From Octopus bimaculoides (lineage: Eukaryota), in assembly GCF_001194135.2 (NCBI RefSeq), contig NC_068990.1, forward strand, positions 17,543,825-17,607,824: DNA of 64,000 nt, in the 5' to 3' direction. The notes beneath the pieces are model-generated. The model saw only the letters and a program-made list of their open reading frames with translations, did no database searches and had not been told where the DNA came from. The first letter of the stretch is position 1. Every line of letters starts with the position of its first letter. A program made the translations under genes and the position numbers. This document shows positions 26,577 through 39,920 of the stretch, in pieces.

Positions 26577-27630
26577 GTAAGTTCTTTTTGTCTTTTTATG
26601 TCTCGCTCTGCTTTCATCATTTGTGAAATAATAAAGATAATTTCATTACAGTACAGCTGCTTGAGTTTCTAAAATCTCGTGATTCAGCTCTAAAATTTTA
26701 ATGTGAACAAAGTTGCAATAACTTGTAAATAGTTTACAGCTCAGCAGATTTTACATACAGTACGCACAATGTTTGCAGTGAAATTTTGTTGATTTGCCTG
26801 CTAAAGTATTAGACTCTTATTAATTTAAAGCAGTTTCATCATTTTAAGACCTCATTTATTTTCCTTCATACATTTTATTTTTTCTATAAGTGATTTGCCA
26901 TGGAGTGTTGAAAATGTCTGCTTGTGTCTTGCTCACAAGTTCAAGTCCATTAATACTTCATTGAGATTATGAGCAAAGCTCTTTTATTTTACATCTCTTT
27001 TACTTGTTTCAGTCATTAGACTGTGGCCATGCTGAGGCATTGTCTTGTAGAACTTTTAGTCAAATGAATTGACTCCAGTACTCATTTTCTTTTTCGTTAA
27101 GCCTGATACCTATTCTATCGGTTTATTTTCCTGAACCACTAAGTTGCACGGATGTAAACACAACACTGGTTGTCAAGCATTGGTGGAGGACCTCTTCAGA
27201 CACACACTCATACATGCATGTATCTTTCAGTTTCTGTGTACCAAATCCACTCACAAGGCCTTGCTTGGCCTAAGGCTTTTGTTGAAGATATTTGCCCAAG
27301 GTGCCATGTTGTGGGACTGAACCTGGAACCATGTGATTGGGAAGCAAACTTCTTACCACACAACCACAAACTTTTTATTTTAACATTTTGGGCTCTTCCT
27401 AAATTATTTGGTACTTGCTAAGAAACGAGTAAAAAAATGTTTGTATCCATCTTATCTAAGATGAAGAACAATCTCTGGTCTACTTCATAACCTGAAACCA
27501 GATAAAAGCATTAACTCTCTTGTATCTGTAGTTCATAGGTAGAAGACTCGATCCATTTTAATTTCATCTTCTGTCCTTTTCTGATTACATTTCATTCTTT
27601 CACTGATTTTTTTTACCTTTCTTTACACAG

Positions 27631-27783
27631 ACTGTCAATAAGACACTGATGAGGACCTGGTCAAACATCTATCGGACATTCGCTAATCTTGCTGCTCTTG
27701 TTGTCAATGCTGCTCCTAATATCACCTGTGAACATTTGAGCCACCTCATTGTGACTGACCTTCTCTCACCTGCTGCTAGTCAG
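27631..27783 (+). CDS. RIF1: RIF1 coding exon 17 (TVNKTLMRTWSNIYRTFANLAALVVNAAPNITCEHL...ASQ)
   Basis: CACAG acceptor, GTAATT donor; matches human KTLLRTWSELYRAFARCAALV. Confidence 0.96.
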
Positions 27784-28627
27784 GTAATTCCTTTTCACTA
27801 ATGTTTGGTTACTTAGGAAAATTATCAAATGGAATCCATTTTCAAACTTGTTTCTCCCATCAGTGGGATTCACCGAGGTAGATTTTCTACTACTGGAAGC
27901 TCTTCCTATCACCAACCCTCACCTGTCTCCAAACGGTAATATTTCCTTATGGCAGGACGTGTTTTCATGGAAGACAAATGAATGACAGTAGCACTCATCT
28001 ATATCTGTGATGTCAAGATAAGGAGACACAAACATGCACACACACACACACACACATATATAATGGGCTTCTTTGAGTTTCCATGTACCACATCCATTCA
28101 ATGCTTTGGTTGACCTTCAGCTATAGTAGAAGACACTCGCCCAATCTGCTACACAGTGAGGTGATAACTGCCTTTAGGAGGCATAGTGGCTGAATTCTCT
28201 TAAACCAGGGTGCCTTGGATAATATAGTTCTTGAAATACATAAAGACAAGATGGTAACAACTGGAATGCTTTTATTCATAGGCCCTGCTTGATCCCAGCT
28301 GGCCTGAGGTTAAACAATGACCTCATCATCACCACCATTTAGTTTTTGTCTTCTGTACTTGCATAAGTTGAATCATTCAACAGGAACTGGTATGTGAGAA
28401 GACTGCAAGACTCCACTGTCTGCTTTGATTTGGTTTCTACAGCTGGATGTCCTTGCTAACACCAACCACTTTACAGAGTGTACCGCATGTTTTTTTCCTT
28501 CAAAATTATCTCTATATAAGACTAAATATAAAACCATGCAGAATTAATCAAAAAATTGTATGTTCCAAAATATTTATGTATGAGGAAACAGTTCTATTCT
28601 AATTTATCTTGCTTTGGATTTCTTCAG

Positions 28628-28730
28628 AAACTAAAAACTGACGCCTTGTTTCTCGAGCAACTAACTTTGATTTGTGAAATCTTGCTAAGTTATGTGGATT
28701 TTTCCCCTCACAGCCGAAACACTTCTTTTG
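28628..28730 (+). CDS. RIF1: RIF1 coding exon 18 (KLKTDALFLEQLTLICEILLSYVDFSPHSRNTSF)
   Basis: TTCAG acceptor, GTAAGT donor; matches human LLFVDRII...IDFSPY. Confidence 0.93.
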
Positions 28731-30103
28731 GTAAGTTGTTTGTTTTTCTTTTTCTATTTGCTCATGTTGTTTTTAATTTTTTATTGATTTTAAAAAAAAG
28801 TTTAATTTTTTTCTAAATTATTATTGATAATTATTGTTCTGACATTAGCTTGCTGTTAATTTAGAAGGAATAGCTTGGTGGGTGTGACATTAAGCTATCA
28901 ACTAGCAGTTTGTGAGTTCCAATATATATATACATATATGTAATGGACTCCCTTGTTGAAGATAATGTGTGAATGTTCAGTTTTTGCTGAACGATCTGCC
29001 CAAATGATTTGTTTCTAGTGAACAAACGTGTGTGCTGTACATTGGCTCACTCTCTCCATCAAATTAAATGTTACCTGAACAGGTACACTGTGTGGCATGT
29101 ATCAAGTGTTGAAGTGATCGCAGAGTAATGCAAAATGAAGTGTTTTGCTTAAGAATACAACACACCACAAAGTCTAAGGATTGAAACCACAATCTCACAA
29201 TCGTGATTGCAACACCCCAACCACTAGGCCATGTGCCCTCACTATATGATGAATAAGATATTTGATCCTTGACAAACACACACTCTGCAGGCACTTTGGT
29301 TGACACTGGATTAAACATTTTATTTATCATGCCTTTCAATTTACGAATCTATCCATTGGGAAATACTGTACCAGAAGGTTAATAAATAACCACTTGACAT
29401 GTTAACTAAGGGGGGAGCAGTGGAAATTTCTTTCTCTCTTTGTTTGTCTGACTCTCTCTCTCTCTCTGGTAAAGTAATATATGAAAATATATAGAAAATA
29501 CTATATGAAAATGAAGTCCCTGTAGATCTCCTGAGGTTTGCAAAGAAATTAAAGATATATTTTGCTAATTTGATTGCAAACTGCTAAGTCCCTCACCCCA
29601 TGAGAGGGTCTTTCTAATACTAGCTTCCCAAATGAATTTATAAGTAAAACCTGGTTTCAGTCAGGGAATACAACAAAGACTAGGAGTAAGAAAAATTTAT
29701 TCTCATGGCATCATTTGTCCAATACTTCAACTTCACAGTTGTTAGATTTTATTCTACTGAAAATCTTATCTTTTTTCTGTCAGTATTCTGATGAATAAGA
29801 AGTATTAAAAGAATGTTCCTCCCTCCTCTCTGTTCCAGTAAATACCTGGCTAAAAGAGATTCAGTATTGTTCAGACAAAATATTTTATGGTGTTTCATTT
29901 ACAGTTTGAGTTCAAATTCTATCCTGATCCACACCACTTTCATGCTTCCTCAATTAAAAATGTAATTAACAGTTGATATAGCAAACATTGGGAAGGGAAT
30001 GTCAATGGAATTGGCTATTCCTTGCTCCAGTATGTTCACATTTTTATGATTGAACCCATAAAAGAATTTAAGAATTGTTGAAATTTTAAAATTTATTTTG
30101 CAG

Positions 30104-30252
30104 CTCTTGGCAGTCCTGGAAAATGGGGTGGCAAACGAAAGCAGAATCCTTTGAAAAATCTGAATTCTGTTATTGATTTGGTTGTGCTTGTCACCAATTC
30201 TGTCTTTGAGCAGGTCAATAGGGAAGAATGTGAGAATAGTATTGACAGACAG
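30104..30252 (+). CDS. RIF1: RIF1 coding exon 19 (LGSPGKWGGKRKQNPLKNLNSVIDLVV...IDRQ)
   Basis: TTTGCAG acceptor, GTACGA donor; matches human DWSKKKNEPLGKLTSL. Confidence 0.88.
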
Positions 30253-30917
30253 GTACGAACGTTTTTTTCCTTTTTCTGCAATTTTCCTGTTTTGCAAATT
30301 ACTTAACAACCATACCTGTGCTGGTGGTACAAGAAAATCACCCAGTGCATTCTGTAAAGTGGTTACTGTTACGAAGTGCATTCAGCCGTAGAAACCACAC
30401 CAAAGTAGATATTGGGCTTGCCTCGTCCTGTCAGACCCTCCTACTCATGCCAGCAAGGAGAATAGATGCTAAATGATGGAATATAGATTTAACATGTAAT
30501 TTTGATGGAAAGTTTTAATATAAATGGTTTTAAAACAGTAAGCTTGTATCATCGAACCAAGAGGAATTTCAAGCGTGTTGGCATCAGAAGAGTTAAAGCT
30601 AATTTGAGAAGCTGGAATAGCTGGCATTTTATAGTGTAATCAGTAAAGCGACTGACTAACATAGTGACAGATATGTAACTCAAGGCCTGTCACTGATCCT
30701 GTTTCTTTTTACTGCCTTAATCCATTTGATACAAACTTTTTTTAAATCACAAGTTCATTATTTTCAAAATTGATTGAATCAGAGGCAATATATTTCAACA
30801 GAAATATGATTACAATAGGGTTAAATGAGTGCTTATAATGATATCTAATGTTAAATTCTTTCTGTTGCTGATTTTAATCATTTAAATTTTATTTTTAAAT
30901 GTTACTTTAATTTTCAG

Positions 30918-31106
30918 ACTGTAAATTTTGCTTCACTCCAATCAGCTGCCAGACACCTTACTGGAACCATGATTACTCTGTTCACAGAAATAACCTCTCC
31001 AAATTCAGTTCCTTTACTCTTCGAAAAAACTTCCAAGGCTGTTAGCAGCTTGTTTGTTCTTGCTAAAGCCAGTTATAAAGTATTTCCTTCAAGCTCACTC
31101 CCAAAG
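30918..31106 (+). CDS. RIF1: RIF1 coding exon 20 (TVNFASLQSAARHL...EITSPNSVPLLF...SLPK)
   Basis: TTTTCAG acceptor, GTAACC donor, 189 nt open; loosely matches human HISLPSMIRKIF. Confidence 0.85.
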
Positions 31107-32148
31107 GTAACCCTTTTTCTTTTCTTTTTTTCTTGTGCCTTATTTTGAGGCTGAGCCAGTTAACCTCTTAACCGTTTTAACAATTTTATAGAATTCTGCC
31201 AAGTCTCATCAATGCAATCTTAACTGCTTTGATACAAACTGCCTGACACTAACCCCTCATTCTATGATACAAATCTCTTTAGAGTGATTCGAATTAAAAA
31301 CCCTCCGTTGGAATTTCGCTTCAATTTGTTCCAAAAACCAGCCTAATAATGACATTTTATTAAATTCTTTTTTTCAAAATTAATTGAAACAAAGGCAGTA
31401 CAGTCCAGCAGAAATAAGTTAATGGGTTAAATTAACTTGAGCACCCCCTCCCCTCGTTTTTAACATCCACTTTTCCAAGCTTGCTTGGCTCAGAATTCAT
31501 CTTGTTAAATGCCCTTCCTATCACCAAACCTGGATCTGTTACCATGCAAGCTAATAATCTCTTAGTCTATTAAACAATGAACAGTTTGAACATAGTTATG
31601 AGCATCTTTTGTTTGCAAAAATTGTGCAAGACATACCAAGAATCTCAAACCTGCCTCTATAGTTGACTAAGCATATAATATTGCTTGTATTTGTTAGCAA
31701 GTTCTTTTTTATAGAACACTGAAATGCATAAAGAAAACTAGTTCTTTATCCTCTTAATCTTTTATACTTGAGTCCTGCTTCCCAAAATTGGCTTGGATGC
31801 TCTTAATTAAATTTCTCACATACATAATCACCAAGGATCACTCAAAATGGTGGCATGTCATTGTTAAAGACACGAATAGTGACTTGCACTTCCTCGTGCC
31901 TCACCAACCCATCCCTGGCTCTTCTATACTATTGTTGGCCTGAGCAGCCACCCCAGGTACTTGCACCCATCAGGATGAGACTCAGTCACTCGCTACAGAT
32001 TAATTATTCGGGTATCAGTTAATGCTAATAACGACACAAGTAAATAGAGTAATTTTGGTGATGGGAATTTCTTTATGCTGTTAGATAATTAATTTCCTTT
32101 TAGAAGAAAAACTATTCAAATAATTTTTTTTCCAATCCAATATTTTAG

Positions 32149-32351
32149 CATGACAAATTATGGCAAGATATTATCAACAGTATACAGAATACCTATAAAG
32201 GTATGTATGATACAGACTTTCTGAATGTTTTGGCGCCGCTGCTGGAAGCAAACTTTCTTCACCCACGGAGATTCATCAAAAACCAAACAGCTCAGTTATG
32301 GAAGGCCACTTTCAGCCAAACTCCTTCACTAGCTTATACAGATTCTCTACG
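32149..32351 (+). CDS. RIF1: RIF1 coding exon 21 (HDKLWQDII...YDTDFLNVLAPLLEANFLHPRRFIKNQTAQLWKATF...)
   Basis: TTTTAG acceptor, GTAAGT donor; matches human YDSELLEQLSPLL...FLHKNKQIRKQSAQFWNATF. Confidence 0.96.
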
Positions 32352-33607
32352 GTAAGTGTTTTTGGAATTTAATTAGTGTCTAAGAATTGGATATAAGCTA
32401 TCTCGTTTCTTGTGTTTTTGTTTAGCCCTAGGTCAGTCCTGATTTGCTGACTTACAATCAACAGTAGATCTGCCATGATGATCCTCCCCAACCCTCTTTC
32501 TACACCCCATATATCTTGTTAGTAAAAGACATTGGGGTGAGGTTTGACTATTATTTTTAGCAAATTGTGTTACCATAAAGGGGCTGCTTCCACGACTCAT
32601 CTTATTTCATGTAAACACTGGTGGATAGCAGAATCAGCTGAGTGTCAGGTTAAATGGCTTTATGAATATTTATTTCTAAGTTCAAATCCTGGCTTGGTCA
32701 ACTTTACTTTCATCCCCCTCGGGCTGATTTGATGTCTCCTCTTTCCCAAAATGTCTTTGGCTTAAATTGAAAATATTATTATTACATACACCACCACACC
32801 ATTATTTATTGCCTTGCATCCTTCTGGACTTTAAAATATTGGTCAAGTACTGTGGTTGCTATGAACTGATTGTTCCTTTCCTTCAAATTTTTGGTCCTGC
32901 TCTTGTCTTCAAGCTGGTAGAATTGTTAGCACACAGGACAACAATGCTTAGTGGCATTTCATCTGTCTTTACATTCTGAGTTCAAATTCCACCTAGGTCC
33001 ACTTTACCTTTCATCCTTTTGGGGTTGATGTAATTGACTAACCCTCTCTATCCTAAAATTGCTGGCCTTGTGCCAAAATTTGAAATTATTATTCGGTCAG
33101 CTGACAGAATCATTAGCGTGTTGGAGAAAATGCTTAGCAGTATTTTTTTTGTGCTCTTCTCTTTACATTCTGTGTTCATATTCCAGTGAGATTGATTTTG
33201 CATTTCATATTTTGTGGTTGGTAAAATATATACCAGTCAAGTACTTGGCTCAGTGGTATTGATTTAACCCTTTTCTGAAATTTACTGGCTCTTTACATTC
33301 TGAGTTCAATTTCCCATGAGTGGGGTTGATGCTTTTCACTAACTCTCTCCCCTCAAAATTGCTGGCCTTTGCCTAGATCAGAAACCATTCTTGTTCTTAA
33401 GGCTGCGAGCTGGCAGAATTGTTAGCTTGCTGAGCAAAATGCTTAGTGGCATTTCATCTATCTTTACTTTCTGAGTTCAAATTATGCCGAGGTCACCTTT
33501 GCCATTCATCCTTTTGGGGTTGGTATAATCAACTTACCCCTTCCTCTGAAGTTCCTGACTTTGTGACAGAATTTGAAACCATTATTATTGTCGTTTTTGT
33601 TCTGCAG

Positions 33608-33713
33608 TCGTACTTTAGTCAAAGTGAAAGAGAAAATGGTAATCAGATTGCCAGGCTGGATAAGCACAGAAATTCATGTGATTGAAGAAACACCTACCAG
33701 TCAGTATAGTCAG
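33608..33713 (+). CDS. RIF1: RIF1 coding exon 22 (RTLVKVKEKMVIRLPGWISTEIHVIEETPTSQYSQ)
   Basis: CTGCAG acceptor, GTAAGA donor; matches human PVLTQAKQKFLLLLPG. Confidence 0.92.
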
Positions 33714-34438
33714 GTAAGATCTTTATTCTTATTTCTTCATGCATTTCTTTAACACCAGTTTTTCCATTCTGGCATGGCTTAGATGATGATGTGTTTGAGG
33801 CAAGAATTTTATGGCTGAAGACTTCCTGATGCCAAGAAATACCTCTTTATCAAGTTGGGTATTTGGGATTGTTTATTTTAGAGGAATTTTAAAGTGCAGA
33901 GGTAATGGATGATGTTGACAGGGAAATGTCACCATTTGTGGCTGTAGTAATGCAAACATTGGCTCTGGTACATACTTGCACATGCAAAAAGAAGAAGAAG
34001 AAGAAGATTGAATAATCTTCTAAGAAAGTTATCAGTGAATTGGAACGTTTTGTAAGCCAGGTATTCTTGGGCAGGCAAAGTATTTCTTGGTGGCAGACAA
34101 AACTAGTGAAGATGTGTGACTCAGTGGTCAAGGTGTTGCACTTGCAACCATAAGATAATGGTTTCGATCCCTGGGTTGGGAAACTTCTTTTCATGTTGCT
34201 TAAGTTCAGTCAGCTGTAAATGAGTAATCCTGCAATGGAATGGCATCCTATTTCGGAGGGACTATTGTAAACTCAGTCACTCATATGCTATGCAAAGCGG
34301 GTGATCTGGCACTCAAGGCAGTAATGTCCAGGGTTGATGTTGGCACGCCACGAACTGTCTTCATGATTTGAACATATAACCAATTATGCAAAGTCTAGCT
34401 ACCTTAACCTCATCTTACATATTTGATTTTAATTTTAG

Positions 34439-34609
34439 GCAAGTTCCCAGGTATCTGACGAAGTTGTTCCTGCTCCAGTCTCTCCAAATAAAATGCATGG
34501 GAGTCTGTTAAAGAATATTCCTTCTCCAAAAAAACCAAGTATTCTTTGTAAACACAAACCTGCTGTCAGTGTGATGAAAAGGTTATCAATTGGTGATATG
34601 AAAGATCAG
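34439..34609 (+). CDS. RIF1: RIF1 coding exon 23 (ASSQVSDEVVPAPVSPNKMHGSLLK...MKDQ)
   Basis: TTTTAG acceptor, CAG/GTAATT donor, 171 nt, phase 0 to 0. Confidence 0.85.
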
Positions 34610-34644
34610 GTAATTATATATATATTTTTGAATAACTTTTATAT

Positions 34645-34850
34645 ACTCTTTACTCTTTTACTTGTTTCAGTCATTTGACTGCGGCCATGCTGGAGCACCG
34701 CCTTTAGTCGAGTAAATCGACCCCAGGACTTATTCTTTGTAAGCCTAGTACTTATTCTATCGGTCTCTTTTGCCGAACCGCTAAGTGACGGGGACATAAA
34801 CACACCAGCATCGGTTGTCAAGCAATGCTAGGGGACAAACACAGATGCAT
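34645..34850 (-). mobile_element. SINE 3' module (CAGCATGGCCGCAGTCAAATGACTGAAACAAGT tail)
   Basis: Well-preserved copy; degenerate copies at about 22615-22720 and 26990-27240. Confidence 0.75.
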
Positions 34851-34897
<47 letters not shown>

Positions 34898-35454
34898 TAT
34901 ATATATAAACTCTCTTTTGATATTTCCTTTTATTATTTTTTGATCACCATTAACGTTGTTCTAATATCAATTTTTCCATGCTTACATGAGTTTGACAGAG
35001 TTTATTGAATCAAATTTCTACTAGCAGCCAGAAGCCCTTTCTGTTGCCAGTCCTCATCTGTCACCAAGCAAGGTAATATTTCCCCATGACCAGACGTATT
35101 TTCATGGATTGGAAGTGGACACAGCTTGTATGACCATGACATTCCTTTACTTAATGTGTGCATGGGCACCAAACCATAATATGTACATACATACTTCTTA
35201 ATTTTCTGGCATTAATAATTTTCTTCAGTAAGCTTTTTGGTTTGCATGCTGAGAATAAGAGCATATTAAGATATTAAGCTTGTTTGTGATTTTGGTAGGA
35301 TTTAATTCACAATCTCAATTAGACCTCATTCTGGTAGGAACTCAGCTTGTTGTAGTTTTAGAATTTTAAAATTAAGAAGTTGATTTATTCATTGATGTAT
35401 TAAAATTATTTCTGTGACCTGCATTTAACATTCTCTTTGATTTCTACTTTGAAG

Positions 35455-35534
35455 GATTTTGTGGTTATTGATCCTCCTCAGAATAAAAGACGAATCCTTA
35501 CTCAACACCAGAAAGAAGTATTGAAAGAGAGAAA
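35455..35534 (+). CDS. RIF1: RIF1 coding exon 24 (DFVVIDPPQNKRRILTQHQKEVLKER)
   Basis: Matches human DFVFIPP...RILTDHQKEVLKTKR; GTAAAT donor. Confidence 0.96.
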
Positions 35535-36501
35535 GTAAATATTTTCAATTTAATTTTATTTATATTTTTTGTGAGATTCTTTTTGTTCTACAAGTGAGCC
35601 AAGAAAGAAATTGGGCAGTATGTGAGAATATTGATGTGTGTGTGTGTATGAAACCTGCCAAGTTAAATTGTTGTGTGCTAACAATAGATGGTTCTTGTAG
35701 TGGGAAAAAACGGTGTGATTAGCTCTGTGGATGCTCTGCTTTGCAGACATCATGACACAGGAACCAAAATAAATGGCAATATTTTGTACTGCAGACTTAT
35801 CCAACATAGTCAAGCCTGTAAAAACCAACTAATTATATTGTTTGCTAGACCAGTGAGTGCTACAACTGATAAAATTAAGCTGCTCATGAATCTGCAAGTC
35901 AATAAGTCAAGGGCATAAGGAACACAACACAACACAACATTTAATTGAAATATTTCCTTGAGAAAAGCATCAAATATTCTGGTGAATTTTTGGACAAGTG
36001 GGTTTCTTTCTTTCTTTTTTTTCTTTTTAAAGTTCTTTACTGGTATTTGAGGCAACTTTAAAGGTAGGCTTTATACCTACCTAAATAAAATTAATATTGA
36101 TGTCATGGGAAATAAATGGATACATCAGATTGTTAGATTTTAAAAGTAATTGATAATCATATTTGTTTTAAAACAAGTCTTTTGACAGGAGTTTCTTTTT
36201 ATTAAAGTGGACTGAATTTTGTTTCTCACATATAGTACTTCTTGTTTTGCACTCCCAAACAGCAACACTATTTGAATTACAATTAATATACAATTCAAGA
36301 CTCAGCAACGGTTGTAGTTACATGCATTTGGTACAGGACTTAAGATATCACAAAAGAAAAAATAGATGTATCTAATAGATTTTAAAGGTAGTTGACATAC
36401 TTGCTGAAAGTCTTATACCACTGCTAAAGTAATTAGATCCAGCTTACCACCTTTTTTTTCTTCTTATATTTATCTATTTGCTTATTTATTTTTTGTAACA
36501 G

Positions 36502-36555
36502 GTATTGTCTTCCTGCAATGTATAATAGCCTTGACCAGTCTCAAGATTCCATGTA
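36502..36555 (+). CDS. RIF1: RIF1 coding exon 25 (YCLPAMYNSLDQSQDSM)
   Basis: Matches human CDIPAMYNNLDVSQD; GTGAGT donor 36556 splits the TAG that would otherwise stop the frame. Confidence 0.93.
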
Positions 36556-38319
36556 GTGAGTATTTTTCTTGAAAGCTTTAATCTGCAACAAAGTGTTTAT
36601 TTTTGTAAGATGACCTGTTGTATTTCTAGTAAGAAGTTTGCTTCCCAACCACATTGTTCTGGGTTCAGTCCCACTGCATGGCACCTTGGGCCGAGCAAAG
36701 CTTTGTGAGTGGATCTGGTACACAGAAAGTGAAAGAAGATTGTCATATATATACATGTATGTGTGTGTCTGTGTTTGTCCCCTACCACTGCTTCACAACT
36801 GGTGTTGGTGTGTTTACATCCCTGTAACTTAGCAGTTTGGCAAAAAACACTGATAGAGTAAGTAATGGGGTCATTTCATGCAACTAAAATTTCTTCAATG
36901 CATTCTCTAACCTCATGGTTTCAGGCTCAGTCCTACTGTGTGACCCCAATCAGCAAATGTCTACCACTATAGCCTTGAGAGTAGATTTGGTAGGCAAAAA
37001 CTGAACGAAGTCCCTCATATTATCATTTAGCACTCTTTTTTTTTTCTGTGCTGACATGACTTGGACAGTTTGACAAGAACAGATGCGGCTCTGCTAGGTT
37101 CCAAGTCTGCTTTGGCATTGTTTCTACAGCTTTGATGCCCTTCTTCACACTTAAGCCTACATCATCATCATTTAACTCCATATTGAATGAGTTGAATGGT
37201 TGTGATAGGATCCTGTGGGGCAAAGAACTGTGTTGTACTCTGGAGCAGTGCTCCTCAACCTTTTTTCACCAATGGACCCCTTTGATTCCTATTTTACTCC
37301 AATGGACCCTTGTAGCTATTTGATGTTTATAAAAAAATCTTATATTTTTTATAATTAAATATTAATAGGAATTGTATAAATTGTATATTTGGTGTATTGT
37401 AGAAGTATAACTAATTTATTTCCCATCAGATTTTAACAATAAAATCCTATGGACTCCTGTTGAGAAACACTGCTTAAGAGTCTGATTTGGTATGGTTTCT
37501 ATGGCTGGATGCCCTTATTAATACCAACAACTTTGTGTATGTATATGAACAAGCAAGTGTATTAGTTTGACACTCGGGTAAATGAAAAAGTCTTTTATGT
37601 TTCAAGCCTATGTTCTTCAACAGAAAGGAATAAGAAAATAAACAGAGAGGGAATATACACACATGAGGGCGCTTGGCCTAGTAGTTAGGGTGTTACACTC
37701 ATGATCTTTAGATTGTAATTTCAGTTCCTAGGCCAGGTGGTGCTTTATGTTTTTGAGCAAAACAATTCATCTCTGTTTATTCTGTGATCATTTTGACACC
37801 TATGCATGGTAACTGCACCTATTCATGCAACATCAATTTGATGTAGGGTGTGAGCTAATGTACAGTTCAGATATTTGTGCAGGTCATTTGGTGAAATCTG
37901 AACGCTCATATGTTTGTCTTTGATGGAAGAGTCCATCACACATGCACACAATGTGTATGTTTTCGAGAGGGGGTGTATCCGTTTCTCCTTTTGTTGACAT
38001 CACACAGTTGTAAATGAGCATCTCCGTTGTACAAATGGTTTTCAGTTTTAGTCTTTTTTGAAGCGTATATCTAGCAATGGGGAAATATTACCTTACTTGG
38101 AATGGGCATTGGAAGGTTATAGAAAATCTCTCACAAATAGCTTCAAACATGAGAAAAATTAAAATTTAAAAATGAAACAATGTTGTAAATTAAAGTAACA
38201 TGTGAAAGTTTCAACGAGAAAGGGCTGGGTTTTGTTGTTTTATCCTTTTTCCCTTTTCTGTCTTAGTTTCCTGATTAAATGTACTAATTGTACAACTTCT
38301 GTTTTCTCTTTTACTTCAG

Positions 38320-38389
38320 TTCGAATCACATGGTCACTTCACCAGTCTTGAGTTTCAGTTCGGATGAGACTTCATCACAGTATAATTTG
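38320..38389 (+). CDS. RIF1: RIF1 coding exon 26 (SNHMVTSPVLSFSSDETSSQYNL)
   Basis: TTCAG acceptor, GTGAGT donor; phase 2 to 0 bridges exons 25 and 27 exactly. No recalled homology. Confidence 0.75.
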
Positions 38390-39920
38390 GTGAGTTCCTT
38401 TTTATTGCAAATTCTACAACATTCTGTGTCTGGAAGAATTTTGTGGTTAATACAAATGACAACTAGACTGATCTTTATGCTTCACTTCCATCAACAACAA
38501 ACATTTCCATGGAAGGAGTCTCAACATCATCACTCAATTTGCTAGAAATACCAACCATGTCATCCTCAAATCACACACACAATGATTTTTAAAGGAAGCA
38601 TATGTTAGATAATGTAGTCATGGATATATACAAGACAGGATGGTCACAACTGGAAAGTTTTAATCATAGGTCTATGTAATCAGAGTTGGCTAAATAACTA
38701 CTGTCACTATTTGTCATCCTCATTTATCACTTTTTTTTTTTTTGTGCTTGCATGTGTCCGATGAAGCTAAATTGTGGCAGAATTTTCTACAGCCAACTGC
38801 CCTTCTTGGTGCCAGCACTTACCTGTTTCCATGTAAAGTAATGAACCCAAATGGCTAGACAGGTTTTCACAGAAGATTAGAAATGAATGATGCTGCTTGT
38901 TTGAAGGTGACATTCATTCATGGCTGTCATGTGATGTCAAGACAATGGCACACACACACACACTTGTATCTATACAACAGGCTCCTTTCAGTTCCAGTTA
39001 ACTAGATCCACTCTCAAGGTGCAGGTTGTCTTGGGGTTATAGTAGTAGAAGACACTTGCCCAAGGTGTCATACCTTAGGACTGAGCCTGAAACCACTTGG
39101 TTGGAAAGCAAACATCCTAACTGCATAGCTATACTTGTGCCTTGATTATTTTAACCCCCCCCCCCCCCAAAAAAAAAAATCGCCCAAACCTAAAGCCCTG
39201 TACAATTTACTATTGTTAGATGCATTCGTTTGTTAGGAGATGAATATAGTATATTCTTGTCAGCAAGAATATGCTTATTGAGAGGTTATTATCTTGATTA
39301 GATTAACCTTTTATATTTGTGTCATTCTGCATGCAACACAGTAAAGTCACATAATTATAATCTGGGAAACTCAGTCAGATACAATTTACACAAGTGTGGC
39401 TGGCACAGTCGTAACTATGGTTCAGAAGTTTACATCCTAACTACATAGTTTCGAGTTTTTGAGTTCAGGCCTACTGCTTGGCAGCTTGGGGCCAGTTCTA
39501 ATGTAGTTCCTGGTCAACCAAAGTTTTGTGAGTGGATTTGGTAGATGAAACCTGAAAGATGCCCATCCTGTGTGTGCATATATATATATATATATATGTC
39601 TCCTTGTCTCAATGTCGTGTGATAGTTGTAAATGAATGTCCATGTTAGACAAGTAGTGTCTTTTATTTCCAATCTCCTGTCAGGATTGGCAACAGGAAGG
39701 GAAATCTGGTCATAGAAAATCTACCTCAATGTATGGAAAGTGGATGTTAAAATGATGCAGATTGCTCTTTAAGCTCCTGTGATTTTTTTTACTAAATTAA
39801 ATGTTGCACGTTAAAAGCTGTTCACTCATCCATGTGATAATTTCTGGTTTTATTTTTGTATTTCTATTTTTCATGTATGTAATTTCTTGTTTTTAAAGTC
39901 ACATTAAATTCTATTTTCAG

